Below, one piece after another: positions 11,658-23,931 of a DNA stretch of 64,000 nt. The position numbers and the translations under genes were made by a program. A model generated the notes under the pieces. The model saw only the letters and a program-made list of their open reading frames with translations. It was not told the DNA's origin and made no database searches. Source of the DNA: Mobula hypostoma (Eukaryota); assembly GCF_963921235.1 (NCBI RefSeq), contig NC_086097.1:205594001-205658000 (forward strand), written 5' to 3'. Position 1 is the stretch's first letter, and the number at the start of each line of letters is the position of its first letter.

Positions 11658-14600
11658 AGATATGCACAAAAATTAAGGATATTTTGAAGCACATCAAATT
11701 AAGTAAATTTAATTTTACTTTTTTGAGGTAATTTATTAATGAACATTGAGCTCTTAGAACAAAGAACAGAATTAAAATTTAGATAATTTTATAATTCAGA
11801 ATACTATTCTGAAGCAGAAACCTGTTCTGCATACTGCTACAAAACACTAAATATATAAGAGGTTTCCTCAACAACTGTCATTAGAAGTAATAATTTCAGC
11901 AGAAAGTGAAGGACAGCTTTAGATTATTTTCAAAAGGATCATACTTGCAGTTCAAAGTTGAAATACATTCAATATGTTCTGTATTTAAGCAGATCTTTGA
12001 TTTTTAAATCAAAGATGCCTGCAGTGGAACACAAATGTTTTTGAATAGCATTGATTTTATAGGTTTGCATTTGGCTCCTTAGAAAAAGATGCTTAAATAT
12101 TGAAGTACAATTTTTCAATCATCACTTAAAAAAAACTCGCCTCGAACAACAGGTTTTGTTACTGCCTCCTCAAGATAAGTCATCAGGCTAGACAGCCTTA
12201 TGAGTTGCTGACGCATATGGTAAAATGATTCCCGCAAACCTGGAAGTGCAAATTAGTCAAGTGAACTCCACAGCTTTACTTAATACTTAGCAATCATTTT
12301 AAAAACCTCCACTCCTAAATTAGAATTAACATGGAGTCTTTGAACTTCATTGGATATTTGAATGCATCCATGAAATTAAAAGCCTTGAAGTATTAGTAGC
12401 ATTTAACATGAAATTAAATAATGGGTACCAAATCTGTAGGAATTTATATAACGAAGAATTAGTATAGTTGATTAAAAAGCACCAATTTCTAACTAGAACG
12501 GTTTCCATATGTTATCTAAAGCCTCTGGTGAATTTTTACCTATGCAGTTCCTTAATTATTTGTTATGTATAATATATAAAATGTGTGTTACCTAGCAATA
12601 GATTCTGGGTGGAATCAGAGAGGTGTCCTAATTTCCTGCTATGACTTAGTGGAAAGCATAGAAAAACAATGCTATTACAGGGACAAACAGGGAACTTCAA
12701 TGAAGTTGGATGTAGATTCAATACAGGCACAGTGTTAGGAGTCTAGCTTTGTTGAATACAAGGGTGTTACATTTGTCTGAATTATTTATATAAATCTTAT
12801 TAGCGATTTAGAGGGAAACTATCACAGAGTCTTCATTCTTAATTGGTTTCATTTCCAATATTTCCTGGTGTTACAGGCAAGGAAAACGTTTTAGTGCTTG
12901 ATTATTGAAACATCTCAAAATAAGTGTAATTATTCTTTTTTTTAAATAACTTTTCAGATTATTTCACTCATTCATTTTGAGAGTTTTGAGATATTTTCAA
13001 AAATCAGCAATAGAATTTGACCTATAGCAAAGCTGGGTGTGTCTTGTTCTGGTGCAACTCCATGACCCAGTTTGTATTTGAGACCCTACCATTGCTCATC
13101 TTACTTTCTGGCTCCAGGACCATCTTACCAAAAAGTTTGGTCTTACTTATGTGGAGCAGTGTGGAGATACACTGTGAGGCACGATAGTGGGTGGGGGGCT
13201 CCAACCTAGACAATTGAGCTATGACAAAAATGCAAGAGTAACATCACTGCTACAGCCAGAGCAGTAAATTGGTCAAATGGAGATCAATGTAAATGTAAAA
13301 TAGGCAGAGCTGTGTGTGGGATAGCAGAGATTAACAGTGGCATGGGAATCTCCTAATAATCATCAAGAAAATAAAAGTTATGCATATATTCACTCCAGAG
13401 CATTATGGACAAGTACATAGACATCTTTTAAAAGTCAGTAGTTTCAAATTTTGATGCCTATTCTGACAGCAGGTGGTTAAGAGAATGATAACATTTTAGG
13501 TGGCCGAAGTGAAATTACTCCTCTGAAATTCTGGTAGCTTGTCACCGAATGCCTGTCGCTTTAGTTTGAACATATTTTGTTATATGCCCTTGATGTTACC
13601 CTACATTATCCTGAACTGAACCAGAACACCATTCATAAGTTTTATAGTCATGGAATTATGGTTTTATGGCAAGCAATGACTGTGACCAACTTGCCTTTCT
13701 TCTTGTAATTGCGAACACGGTGGTAGATGCGATTGAAGTGCTGGATGAGTAGTGATATGCGCTTATGAAAATCACGAACATTAGATAAAAGACCTGAAAG
13801 ACAATCTTACAAGAAATAAGTAAGGCAGCCGAACATCACTCTCTGGAGCAACAGCCATAAAATACAGAATTTTTGTCATAACGGCATAAAAGACAGAACA
13901 AAGACACAACATATAAAGGAACATCTGTCACATAAAAAGGCACACAAATAAGCAAAAAGCACAAAATTGCATGATAGTACATGACAGTATTTTAAAACCA
14001 AATGTACACCTTTATGAAAATCTATCTGCATGGAAGAGTCTTGACAAAATTTATATTGTGGAGATAATGCATTTCAATTGTTTAACTTACTGTATTTTGT
14101 AACAGTTTTACTAATGTATTAAGATAGTCTAAAATAGATTTTATTATTTCTGACTTCTTCCTGCATTGGAGGATGTTACACATCTGCCTTCAGAGAAGTG
14201 TGCATTTTTAATTTTAATTATTATTAAAATTAATCACAGAAATTAAAATGAAACAATTGATTTCCTTTCCTCTCTGTATAATTGCTTTCCTGTTCATTCT
14301 GACAGTGTACATCTCTATGGTTTTATCACATTAGATCTTGACGATTACCTGATCTCTTGATTATCCAGCATCATCTCAAGCTCATCCCGGGTACTGCAGG
14401 TGCTTACAATTCCTAGACTTGAAATCACTGCCCTACAATTACTACTGGGTCAGCATTGCCACAATTTGAAATTTCTCATCCGCAGGGTCACACCTCTCCC
14501 TACACTCCCCTCCCTGTGTCAGATTTGTAAAATCCTACAAAGCCACAAAAACAGTGGGTTAATTTTTGTCTGAATATTCTTATGTCCATCTGACTTCTAT

Positions 14601-15319
14601 AATACATCTTGGACTATTAAGCTGCATTAAAGTACCATGTAAATGCAAACTGTGGCATAGTATCATCCGCACTGGCCTTGTTTGCATAGAGATCTAGTTC
14701 TGAAAAACTATCAGTGCATAGTTGATACAATTTTGAAAGTAATTAAGAAAATAATTAATGTTACCTCAATGTGATAATAAAATATTTAATTTGCTTTTCA
14801 TTACCTGTTGTGTTCCCAAATGCTTTGTGGCAAATGAAATGCATTTGAAATATAAACACACTTGTACTGGTGAAGTAATGTGCTTATCCTAAAAGTTGAT
14901 GTAATGTATAGAGTTCCTTTAAAATGTAACCCTTCTTCGAAAAAATGCACAAAAATGAAACAGAAGCATTTTTTACACTAAACTCTTCAGGTGAGAGACA
15001 ATCAAAATTGATTTTGAGTCACATTATCCATCTTGAAGTTGATTTAGGAAATCATTTTATGAAGTTAACAACTCCAACCGCAGCAATGCCAATTAGATTT
15101 ATGTTTAAGAATAATTTCTACTATTAAAAACTGCTCAGTGTAAATCTACTTTACTTAAAAATACTTTCAATTGCATGCAAACCTCTGTTACTGAGAGTGG
15201 GAATAATGGGCTTTTCTTACTTCCTGTCTGACACAATAAAGAAAATCTAACATTAATTGAAAAGAAATACAAGCTACTATCAGTGCAAGTCGCTTTAATT
15301 TGTGATGGACTGAACTGAC

Positions 15320-15528
15320 CTTCACAACAGTCTTGCCACACCCGTAAATCAATTTTGGGGATTTCATCACAATTCACGTATCCTTGAGGGTAATCTGCTT
15401 TTGTAAAAACATCCGGCTGGACTTGCTGAATATCATCACCATTGTCACATAGCACCCTTGCTAGAGAACTTTGCTTCAGCTGTGTTAATTGAGATGGGGT
15501 AAACACCCCTGGATTCTCATACCAGAAC
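15320..15528 (-). CDS. PXDNL: Peroxidasin-like exon, 209 nt, end of the peroxidase domain
   Basis: Acceptor TGTGTTACCCAG|G, donor GAAG|GTCAGT, phase 2/1. Encodes [69 protein letters not shown]. Confidence 0.94.
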
Positions 15529-15995
15529 CTGGGTAACACAGAAGAATGTGTAAGTGGCTTTGATTTTTATTTTGTTTTCATACTTGATATAATATCAACT
15601 ACCACAATGTATTTTAAAAGTTGCAGGTTAACAGTTGCTCATTTCATACTTCTTGACTTATTTTTAAATCATTTGACAATCATATAAATTGATAGCACAG
15701 GAGGCCAGTCAGTCCATAGAGTGTCTCCTTAGTTACACCACCTCTCAGCCTTCAGTTTATACATGAGTAGAGTCCATTCTCGTAACTAACATCACTTTTA
15801 TCACATGTTTATGAAATATTCCAGTGGAATTAAACACGAAGAAAAGTACTGTTGCTTAAAGATCTAATGGAGGTAACTTATGAGGGGGTGCTTCATTACA
15901 AAAGGTTCTCTGTAGTGACCAAAATAGGGTCATAAGGTGAAATTCAATCTGGTACATATTTAGTGCAACTTGCCATCTTGATTATGATAATTTAT

Positions 15996-16324
15996 TTGTT
16001 GGAGGGGAATGGAGTCGTCGACACTAAGGTTTTCTTCTTTTCCATTTTTAAGTTGTTAGTTTTGCCCAAGTCTTTTTAGTTTAGTTGATTAATTTTGCTT
16101 TTCTTTGGGGATGAGGTTTTTTTTCTTTTTCATGTTTTTTTTCCCAGTTTTTTTTTGCTTTGTATTATCCGTTGTTAGTTCTACATGATTGGGAGCTTTG
16201 TTAATTTACACTATTTGATTTTACAATTACTTTTTTTAAGTGTAACAATATATCTCCTACTATCTGTATTATTGCTATGTTTTGTCTCTATATTTTGAAA
16301 TTAATAAAAAAATTGAAAAAGAAA
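15996..16324 (+). mobile_element. 5'-truncated L1/Tx1-like 3' UTR insertion
   Basis: Perfect 16-bp TSD GATTATGATAATTTAT (15980-15995 and 16325-16340). AATAAA followed by an A-rich tail. Confidence 0.7.
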
Positions 16325-16619
16325 GATTATGATAATTTATATGTCACCAAGCAGATCTTACTTAAAAACAATTGTTAGTACCTTTTGGAACATTCATTGC
16401 AGTTTGGTACTAGCTTTTGACCTAATACCCTTTTCTAACAGTGACCAGCTGAATGGTAGTTAACAAGTCATTGTTGGAGATTTTAAACCCTGTTTGACAC
16501 AACACCGTTTATTGTTTTCTAGACTGTGAACACATTGGCTGGATTTGCTGGATAATTATTACAGAGGCCATCATAAAATAAAGTGCTGTGGCCATCCAGG
16601 TATCTGATAAATCATTTGG

Positions 16620-17135
16620 ATGAAGCCAATCCTTAGTCATCATCATCATCACTTTGCAAGGAATCCACATGATCTGCAAAAGGAATGGGATAAATACGAG
16701 GAGAGTTAAAGCAGCTTTTGACCCGTCCTCTGTAGGGGAAAGCAACAGAAGGTTCAAGTGGGAAAGGGATATGCTCTCCTGCTGCACAAATAGAAAATTT
16801 GTCCTTCAGATGGATCTTCAGTGGAGGATCAAAAACCAAAGGACCCTTGAACACTTGACTATAGAATAACATACCTTTAGAACAGACATGAGGAGGAATT
16901 TCTTTATCGAGAGGGTGGTGAGTCAATGGAATTCTTTGCCACAGATGGCTGTGGAGGTCAAGTGATTGGATATATTTAAAGCAGAAGTTGATCAGTAAGG
17001 GCATCAAAAGTTATGGTGAGAAAACAGGAAAATGGGGTTGAGGGAGAAAATACTATAAATCAGCCATGATGGAAAGGTGGAGCAGACTCAGTGGGCTGAA
17101 TGGTATAAATCTGTTCTTATGTCTTATGATCTAAT
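16620..17135 (+). mobile_element. Old CR1 3' fragment
   Basis: CR1 3' motifs (GAGGAGGAATTTCTTT...GAGAGGGTGGTGAG, GTCTTATG tail). Confidence 0.7.
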
Positions 17136-18069
17136 TCACCAAATCAGCCTCCTATCTTCATTGGCTCTACACCCACCCAGTAGTTTTGATGACTTAAGTG
17201 GCTGAAGGTGAAAAAAGCCCAGTTGTACTGCTTTATGAAACAATGTTTTCAATCTAAATCTGAGAACAAAACCCTACAGTAGACACACTCCAGTTCTGTG
17301 GAAAGGTTAAGTAATGATAATTGTAAATTAATTCAAAATTATGGACTAAATCCAGAATTTCTTGGTCAGATGTTTAAAATAGCACCTGCTTAGGTCATTT
17401 GCAAGGCAACATCTTTGTGAGTGTGGTGTGTTTTTATCTTGTTGTAAAGCCTCAATTCATTGAAACCCAGTCAAGAGCTTTACTGACTGGACCCATACTT
17501 CTACATTCCTTCCATTCCTCTTTGCTTCAATTCCATAAAGCAAGTCAAATTTCTTCCAGTGTCTGATTCTGATGAAAAACTCAAAGCCAGAAACATTAGG
17601 CCATCTCTTTTTAGAGGTTAATGAGCCTATTAATTATTTCCAGCTTTCACCATTAGCATTTTGTCTAGTACTCAGCAGCTGAATTATCTTATTGTCACTC
17701 AAGCTTCACCTTTTGGTTCAGAAAGTTATTTGCATACATCATATAGCCTCCAGATCAAAAAGGCACAGCTCATTTCCGTTCAGAACTTTCCAATATTCTG
17801 CTTTGGCAGAGCAGTCAAATTAAGGGTTCGGCAAGCTTTCTTCTATTTCATACTTGGGACAGCTACTGGTAATTGCGTTTACATGACATACTGAAATATA
17901 CTTCACTAGATACAGGAGCAGTGTTAGGAAGTATTTCGGAGTCCTTCTCATTCCCTTCCTCTGCATTCTCTCTCTAATACTTCAATGATCATTTTAAAAA
18001 CAATCCACTTGAAAGCAAAAATTTCTTTGCGACTTTCTGGGATATCATCCAATCTGGCCATTCTCGAGT

Positions 18070-19053
18070 AGATTAATCAGGATCAGTTAAAACAAAATAC
18101 ATTCTAAATGTGATAAATATCAAGGAGGCTTATTGGAAAGTCACCACAAATGATTAAGGACAGGAAAGTGTAAATGATACAGGCAATTATTTCCAATGTA
18201 GGCAGCAGTCCAGTTTTATGCTGCCTACTCACTTACATTTTTGGTTGCTCAGCCACCATTAACTATGGTATTCATTGGCTTAATGCCTTCCAGAGTCAGA
18301 GGAGTCAAATATCACCTAATTCTCGAGCACACTATTTAAAATCAGCCAAGTACATTTTGTGGGAAACTGCTTTGTAATTGTTTGGAATTCATTTTTATCT
18401 GGGAGACTCTCAAGAATGGACAATGTGAGAGAGAAGTCTCCACAGTTTTCCAGTGCCACAATGGAGAGGTTATAAAATTAGACAGTTTTCTTTCTGCAGG
18501 GGCCAGGGAATCATTGCAAATTCAGTGAGTCACTGCAGTTAATACTGGCAGTTAAATCTGAAATCCCTGGGAACAATGTGAAAAGAAGATCAATAGCCTT
18601 CTAAAGTTGGGTTATGGACAATCTTCATGTGATCAGTCATCAAGTACAATAGGTCTATCCCCATATAAGTTAGAGAGTGTAAAATAAGCTGTGCCAACTC
18701 CCAGAAGGATAAACCTCAGATGTCTAAATTAAGCACTTTGAAAAGGATAACCTGTAGCATAAAGCTGATAGTTTGGCGCATTAACTAGTCTGCCAGAAAG
18801 CCTGTTCATAATGCCAAGAGACTTGCAAAGCTTAATTTTAACCTTGCTTAGACTTTCATGAAGAGTTTGAGTTCATTCCTTCCATTAAGACTGTGTGGAA
18901 AAACTCCATTTGCACAATTGCAGACCCAAATAGAATGAGCCTGAACTTGCTGATAACTGCCTGGAGTTTATGGTCAAGCTATCAACATTTCTCTATGATC
19001 ACTCTCAAGTTCAGAGTTTCCAAACAACTTTGGTGGGTCTTTTCCCACTGCCC
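18070..19053 (+). repeat. Left arm of a ~1 kb diverged inverted duplication (partner 23932..24855)
   Basis: Collinear reverse-complement match along the arm, e.g. GGAGAGGTTATAAAATTAGACAG versus CTGTCTAATTTTATAACCTCTCC, and GCATTAACTAGTCTG versus CAGACTAGTTAATGC. Confidence 0.9.
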
Positions 19054-19166
19054 TCCAAGATAGGGTTCGTTGTGGAAGCTATTGGTAGATTGTGGACTTG
19101 CTTCATTTTCCTAGTATTTATGTTGGTTATCTGTCATACTTAAGCTGCACCAAGCTGGGCATAATT

Positions 19167-20797
19167 GATTAGATTAGATTCAACTTTATTATCATTGTGC
19201 CGAGTACAGATACAAAGCCAATGAAATGCAGTTAGCATCTAACCAGAAATGCAAAGAATAGTGTTATTTACAAAATAACTGCGAATAAAAAGTAAGTGCT
19301 ACAGCATACAAATATAAAAGTACTGAGACAGTACAATATGGGTGCAATACTGCTTAGCGCTGTGATGTGAGGTTCAGCAGGGTCACAGCCTCAGGGAAGA
19401 AGCTCTTCCTGTGCCTGCTGGTGCGGGAGCAGAGGCTCCTGTAGCGCCTACTGGATGGGAGGAGAGTAAAAAGTCCATGGTTAGGGTGAGATGCATCCTT
19501 GATAATGCTTTTCGCCCTGCCTAGGCAGCGTTTATGGTAGATGTTCTCAATGGTGGGCAACTGGGTGCCGATAATCTGCTGGGCAGTTTTCACCACATGC
19601 TGGAGTGCTTTGTGGTCCGATACAGGACAATTGCCATACCGCACTGAGATGCAGTTGGTGAGTATGCTCTCAATGGTACAGTGGTAAAAGTCCATCAGTA
19701 TCCTGGGACAGAGGTGAGCTTTCTTGATGCTCTGCAGGAAATAAAGGCGCTGTTGCACCTTCTTGATCAGGATGGAGGAGTTCAGGGACCAGGAGAAATC
19801 CTCGGAAGTGTGGACACCAAGGAATTCGAAGCTTGATTTACACTCCACTACAGCTCCATTGAAGTAGCTGGCGATGTGGGTGTGGCTCCTAGCATGCCTG
19901 AAATCCACAATGATCTCCTTGGTCTTCTGGGTGTTAAGGGCCAGGTTGTTGTCGGCACACCATGCGGCCAGGTGCTGGACCTTGTCCCTGTAGGCCGTCC
20001 TGTCATCCCCTCTGATCAGGCCAACCACCGTGGTGTCGTCTGCGAACATGGAGTTAGAACCATGTACAGGAACGCAGTCATAAGTGAAAAGGGAGTACAG
20101 AAGGGGGCTCAGCACACAGCCTTGAGGCATGCCGGTGTTCAGGGTGAGAGTGGAGAAGGAGGGGTTGTCTAACTTAACTGATTGGGGTCTGTTAGTCAAA
20201 AAGTTCAAGGTCCATTTGCAGGGGGATGAGCTGATACCAAACTGGCGAGGTTTGGCGATCAGCTTGGAGGGGATCACAGTATTGAATGCCGAAGTAAAGT
20301 CAATGAACAGCATTCTGGCGTAAGAGTTGAGGCTGTCCAGGTGGGTCAGGGCAGAGTGAAATGCCGTGGAGATGGCGTCCTCTGTTGACCTGTTGGTGCA
20401 ATAGGCAAATTGATGGGGGTCCAGGGTAGTGGGCAGACAGGATTTCAGATGTGATAGAACCAGTCTCTCAAAGCACTTTGCAATGATGGGGGTGAGTGCA
20501 ACTGGGCGTAAGTCATTCAGGCCTGTGGCAGTGGAATGCTTCGGCACTGGCATGATGGTGGCGATCTTGAAGCTTGTGGGGACAACTGCCTGGGCCAGGG
20601 ACAGATTAAAAATGTCCATGAAGACCCCGGCCAACTGCCCTGCACAGACTCTTGAGCACATGGCCAGATATTCTATCCGGACCAGCTGCCTTCCATACAT
20701 TCATCCGGCTCAGGGTGGTGCAAACATCGGAGGTGGAAAGTGAGAGAGGCAGTTTACCAGGTGGGAGATCCGCTTTGAGGGTGACCTCCTTGTTCAC
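19167..20797 (-). mobile_element. Rex1/Babar-clade LINE, 5'-truncated, RT region largely open
   Basis: ORF 19354..20700 has [50 protein letters not shown] and [12 protein letters not shown]. (AATCT)n tail at 19167-19180. Confidence 0.88.
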
Positions 20798-21364
20798 CCT
20801 CAATTGGTCATCATCTAAAAGATTTAATGAAAGACTATTGCCTTGAACCTTTAGCAAATGTGTCTCTCTCCATAAACATTGCCTGAATGCTTGAGTGCAT
20901 CCTGCCTTTTCTACTTTTATTACTGGAATAATGGGCCCATTAATTTGAATGGAGAGGAATGCCTGCCAAGATGGCGGCTACAAGTGAAGTCACTTTGCAA
21001 TATATTAGATGAGTTTAAAAACACAATTTAAAATCTCTCACTAAATTGCTTTGTGTATTTTAATCTATTTTTGTTTTAAAAATATTTAGTAAATGTTTAG
21101 TCCTGAATGAAGGGTCTCAGCCTGAAATGTTGATAGTTTATACATTTCCATTTATGCTGCCTGCCCTGCTAAACTCCTCCAACATTTTGTGTGGGTTGTT
21201 TGTATCATCCCTTCCCACTAATCTCCCTCATGGGATGTTTCCCTGCAAGCGACAGAAATGCTCTCCTATCCATACTCCTCCTCCCTTAGCTCCATTCAGG
21301 ATCCCAAACAATTCTTCCAGGTGTGGCAGCACTTCAACTGAAAATCTGTAGTGGTCATCTATTG

Positions 21365-22135
21365 CAGGGGTCCCCAACCTTTTTTGCACCGCGGACTGGT
21401 TTAATATTGACAATATTCTTGCGGACTGGCTGACGGGGGTGGGGGGGGGAGGGGGTGTTCAAGTAGGGTTACCAACTTTCTCACTCCCAAATAAGGGACA
21501 AAAGTAGCAGTCAAATACGGGACACTTGTGTTTACCCCGAGAAAGACTACCATGACCATGAAGCCTTACGCGGGCACCTGTGTGCGCATGCGTGTACGTG
21601 CCGATTTTTTTCTACAAATCGGTTTTGGCTTAATCGTCCCGATTCTGTTAAGTGAAACTACACTGTACATACATTATTTCTACTTTATATAGGCTGTGTA
21701 TTTATCATTTCATTCCTGCTTTTACTATAATGTTAGTATTATTTTAGGTTTTATGTGTTATTGGTATGATTTGGTAGGTTATTTTTTGGGTCTGGGAATG
21801 CACAAAAATTTTTCCCATATAAATTAATGGTAATTGCTTCTGCGCTGTACGCCATTTCAGCTTAGGAACGGTTTCATAGGAATGCTCCACCTTAGCGGGG
21901 GAAATATGGGACAAGGCCGGTCCCGTAACGGACAAACCAATTTAGCCCAATGTACGGGATATCCCGGCTAATACGGGACAGTTGGCAACCCTATGTTCAA
22001 GTTCACAGTGCGTGACAAGGAATGAGGAAAGGTGCAGCTGACTCATTTTGCCAAATCATATCGTTTCTTCGCGGCCCGGTAGCACGTGCTTTGCGGCCCA
22101 GTACCGATCCACGGCCCAGTGGTTGGGGACCACTG
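21365..22135. mobile_element. hAT-Charlie/Buster-type MITE
   Basis: TIRs CAGGGGTCCCCAACC ... GGTTGGGGACCACTG. Perfect 8-bp TSD ATCTATTG (21357-21364, 22136-22143). Same family as 44115..44799. Confidence 0.9.
21464..21993. mobile_element. hAT-Blackjack-type MITE nested in the Charlie MITE
   Basis: TIRs TAGGGTTACCAAC ... GTTGGCAACCCTA. Perfect 8-bp TSD TGTTCAAG (21456-21463, 21994-22001). Subterminal GGGACA motifs. Confidence 0.88.
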
Positions 22136-23399
22136 ATCTATTGTATCTGGAGCTCCCACTGTGGCCTCCTCTACACTGACGAAAGCCGATGTAAATTGTG
22201 TGAATGGTTTGTTGAGCACCTCCACTCCATCTACGAAAGCGGAATTTCCTGATGGCCAAATATTTCAATTCCTATCTTCATTCCCATTCCAACATGTCAG
22301 TACAAAGCCTCCTTTTTTTCCCACGAGGAGGCCACTCTCAGGGTGGAGGAGCAACATCTCATATTCCATCCCACCTGATGGCATGAACACTGATTCCTCC
22401 TTCCAATAATTATTTTTTTTCTTTTCCCCTCCACCTTCCCTCTTCGTATATTCTCCACTCTGGCCTTTTATCTCTCCTCATCTGTCTATCACCTCCCCCT
22501 AGTGCCTCTCCTTCTTCCTTTTCTTCAATGGTCAACTCTCCTCTCCCTTCTTCTTCAGTCCTTTACCTTTCCCACCCACCTGGCTTCACCTATCACCTTC
22601 TAGCTTGTCCTCTCCTGATCTTTTTTTTATTCTGGCATCTTCCCCATTCTTTTTAAGTCCTGATGAAGAGTCTCAACCTGTAACATCAACTGTTTATTCA
22701 TGTCTATAGATGCTGCCTGACCTGCTGAGTTCCTCCAGCATTTTGTGTGTCTTGCTCTGTACGCATTACTCCTTAAGTTTTTCAGCACCTTTAATTAATG
22801 AATAGTTTTTCAGTGCCTTTGAATATTTCTTCATTGCTTAAACATTCTGAAGCACTTGCGGTCTTTCACTGTGCCCAAAATCTGGCACTATGCAGATTTT
22901 TTCAGCTGTTATATAGGCAGAGTGTTGTTCTGGCAGGTTTCTGCTGCCATGTAAAACCTTGTAATTTTGGATTGGATTGGCCTTGAGCAGCAAATTGACT
23001 TTGGCAGCTTTGGAAAAACTAACGTTCTTCTTGTATTGTACATCAGCTGTTGACTGCTGACAGGAAATGCTGATCCATCGAATTGTTTGATAGACAATCT
23101 ATTACATTTTCTTGTTGATGAAACCCAATTTCTGGATGATCAGTGAAAGTACAAAAATATGTTGTGCAGAATCGAGATTGTGAATATCTGTGTTAAAAAG
23201 TTTGAAGATAATCATGCCAGTGCAGTAATTTATCTTCCAACTCTGCTTATTCTTTATCAGATAGCCATACAGAAAGTGCAGAGTGAAGCTGGATTTCTGG
23301 GCTCGAAGCCTGAAGTCATCTTCTCAAGCCATTTGCAGCTCTGCCACTCTGAGTGCATGAACCAGCCATTTTACACTTACTGAGGAATGTTGAAACAGG

Positions 23400-23930
23400 A
23401 GGGGAAATTGGAAAAAAACATCTGCTACAGGAACTCAGTGGGTTAAAGAGTATCAGAGGGAGAAAAGGATTTGTCAATGTTTCATATCAAAACCTTGTAC
23501 CATGACTGAGATTAGAGAGGGAACAAGAGAAGGATAAATGTGACAAAGGAGTCTGAAGTGATTGGTGGATTGAGGAAGATGACAAGAAGATGTGCTGGGT
23601 TAGGAGGCAGGGGCCGGTGAATGGTAAGTGGAGGCGGGGCAAGAAATGGAGCACAGTGGGTGAAGAGGTGTGTGAAGATTAGAGATAGGAGCTGTAGGAA
23701 GATAAACAGGAGCACAAAATGTTACTGGTGCTGAGAGTATATAGAGGAGGTGACAGTGAGAAACATTAGAGTACAGATGAATGGCAGTTGGAACCAGACC
23801 ATTTAGGGGAGGGATGGGAAGCGGCAGGAAATTGTGTGTGTGTGTGTGTGTGTGTGTGGAATGAGAAGGGAGAGTGGGGAAAAGATGGATAAAAGTGTAT
23901 TGGGTGGGTATGAGGTAAAGAGGAATTTGA
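23400..23930 (-). mobile_element. Old PLE terminal-repeat remnant with a purine-rich tract and (TG)n at 23833-23858
   Basis: GGAACTCAGTGGGTTAAAGAGTATC...TGTCAATGTTTC...ACCTTGTACCATGACTG resembles the degraded PLE terminal repeat. Confidence 0.5.
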
Positions 23931-23931
23931 A

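Larger units (their letters stand above)
21098..22757 (+). mobile_element. Decayed Penelope-like element (terminal-repeat piece, GIY-YIG region, terminal repeat) hosting two hAT MITEs
   Basis: Degraded hammerhead cores at ~21100 and ~22657. Cys-linker remnant FPCKRQKC and GIY-YIG C-terminal remnant (..EEQHLIF..PDGMNTD). Confidence 0.8.

Noticed and set aside
15135..15319. C-terminal extension of ORF 15135..15539
   Set aside because: Read-through past a good GTCAGT donor. Peroxidasin similarity continues in exon 1617..1746 instead.
19354..20700. 448-aa ORF as a host or domesticated gene
   Set aside because: 5'-truncated Rex1 RT with an upstream frameshift and a small deletion just before FADD.
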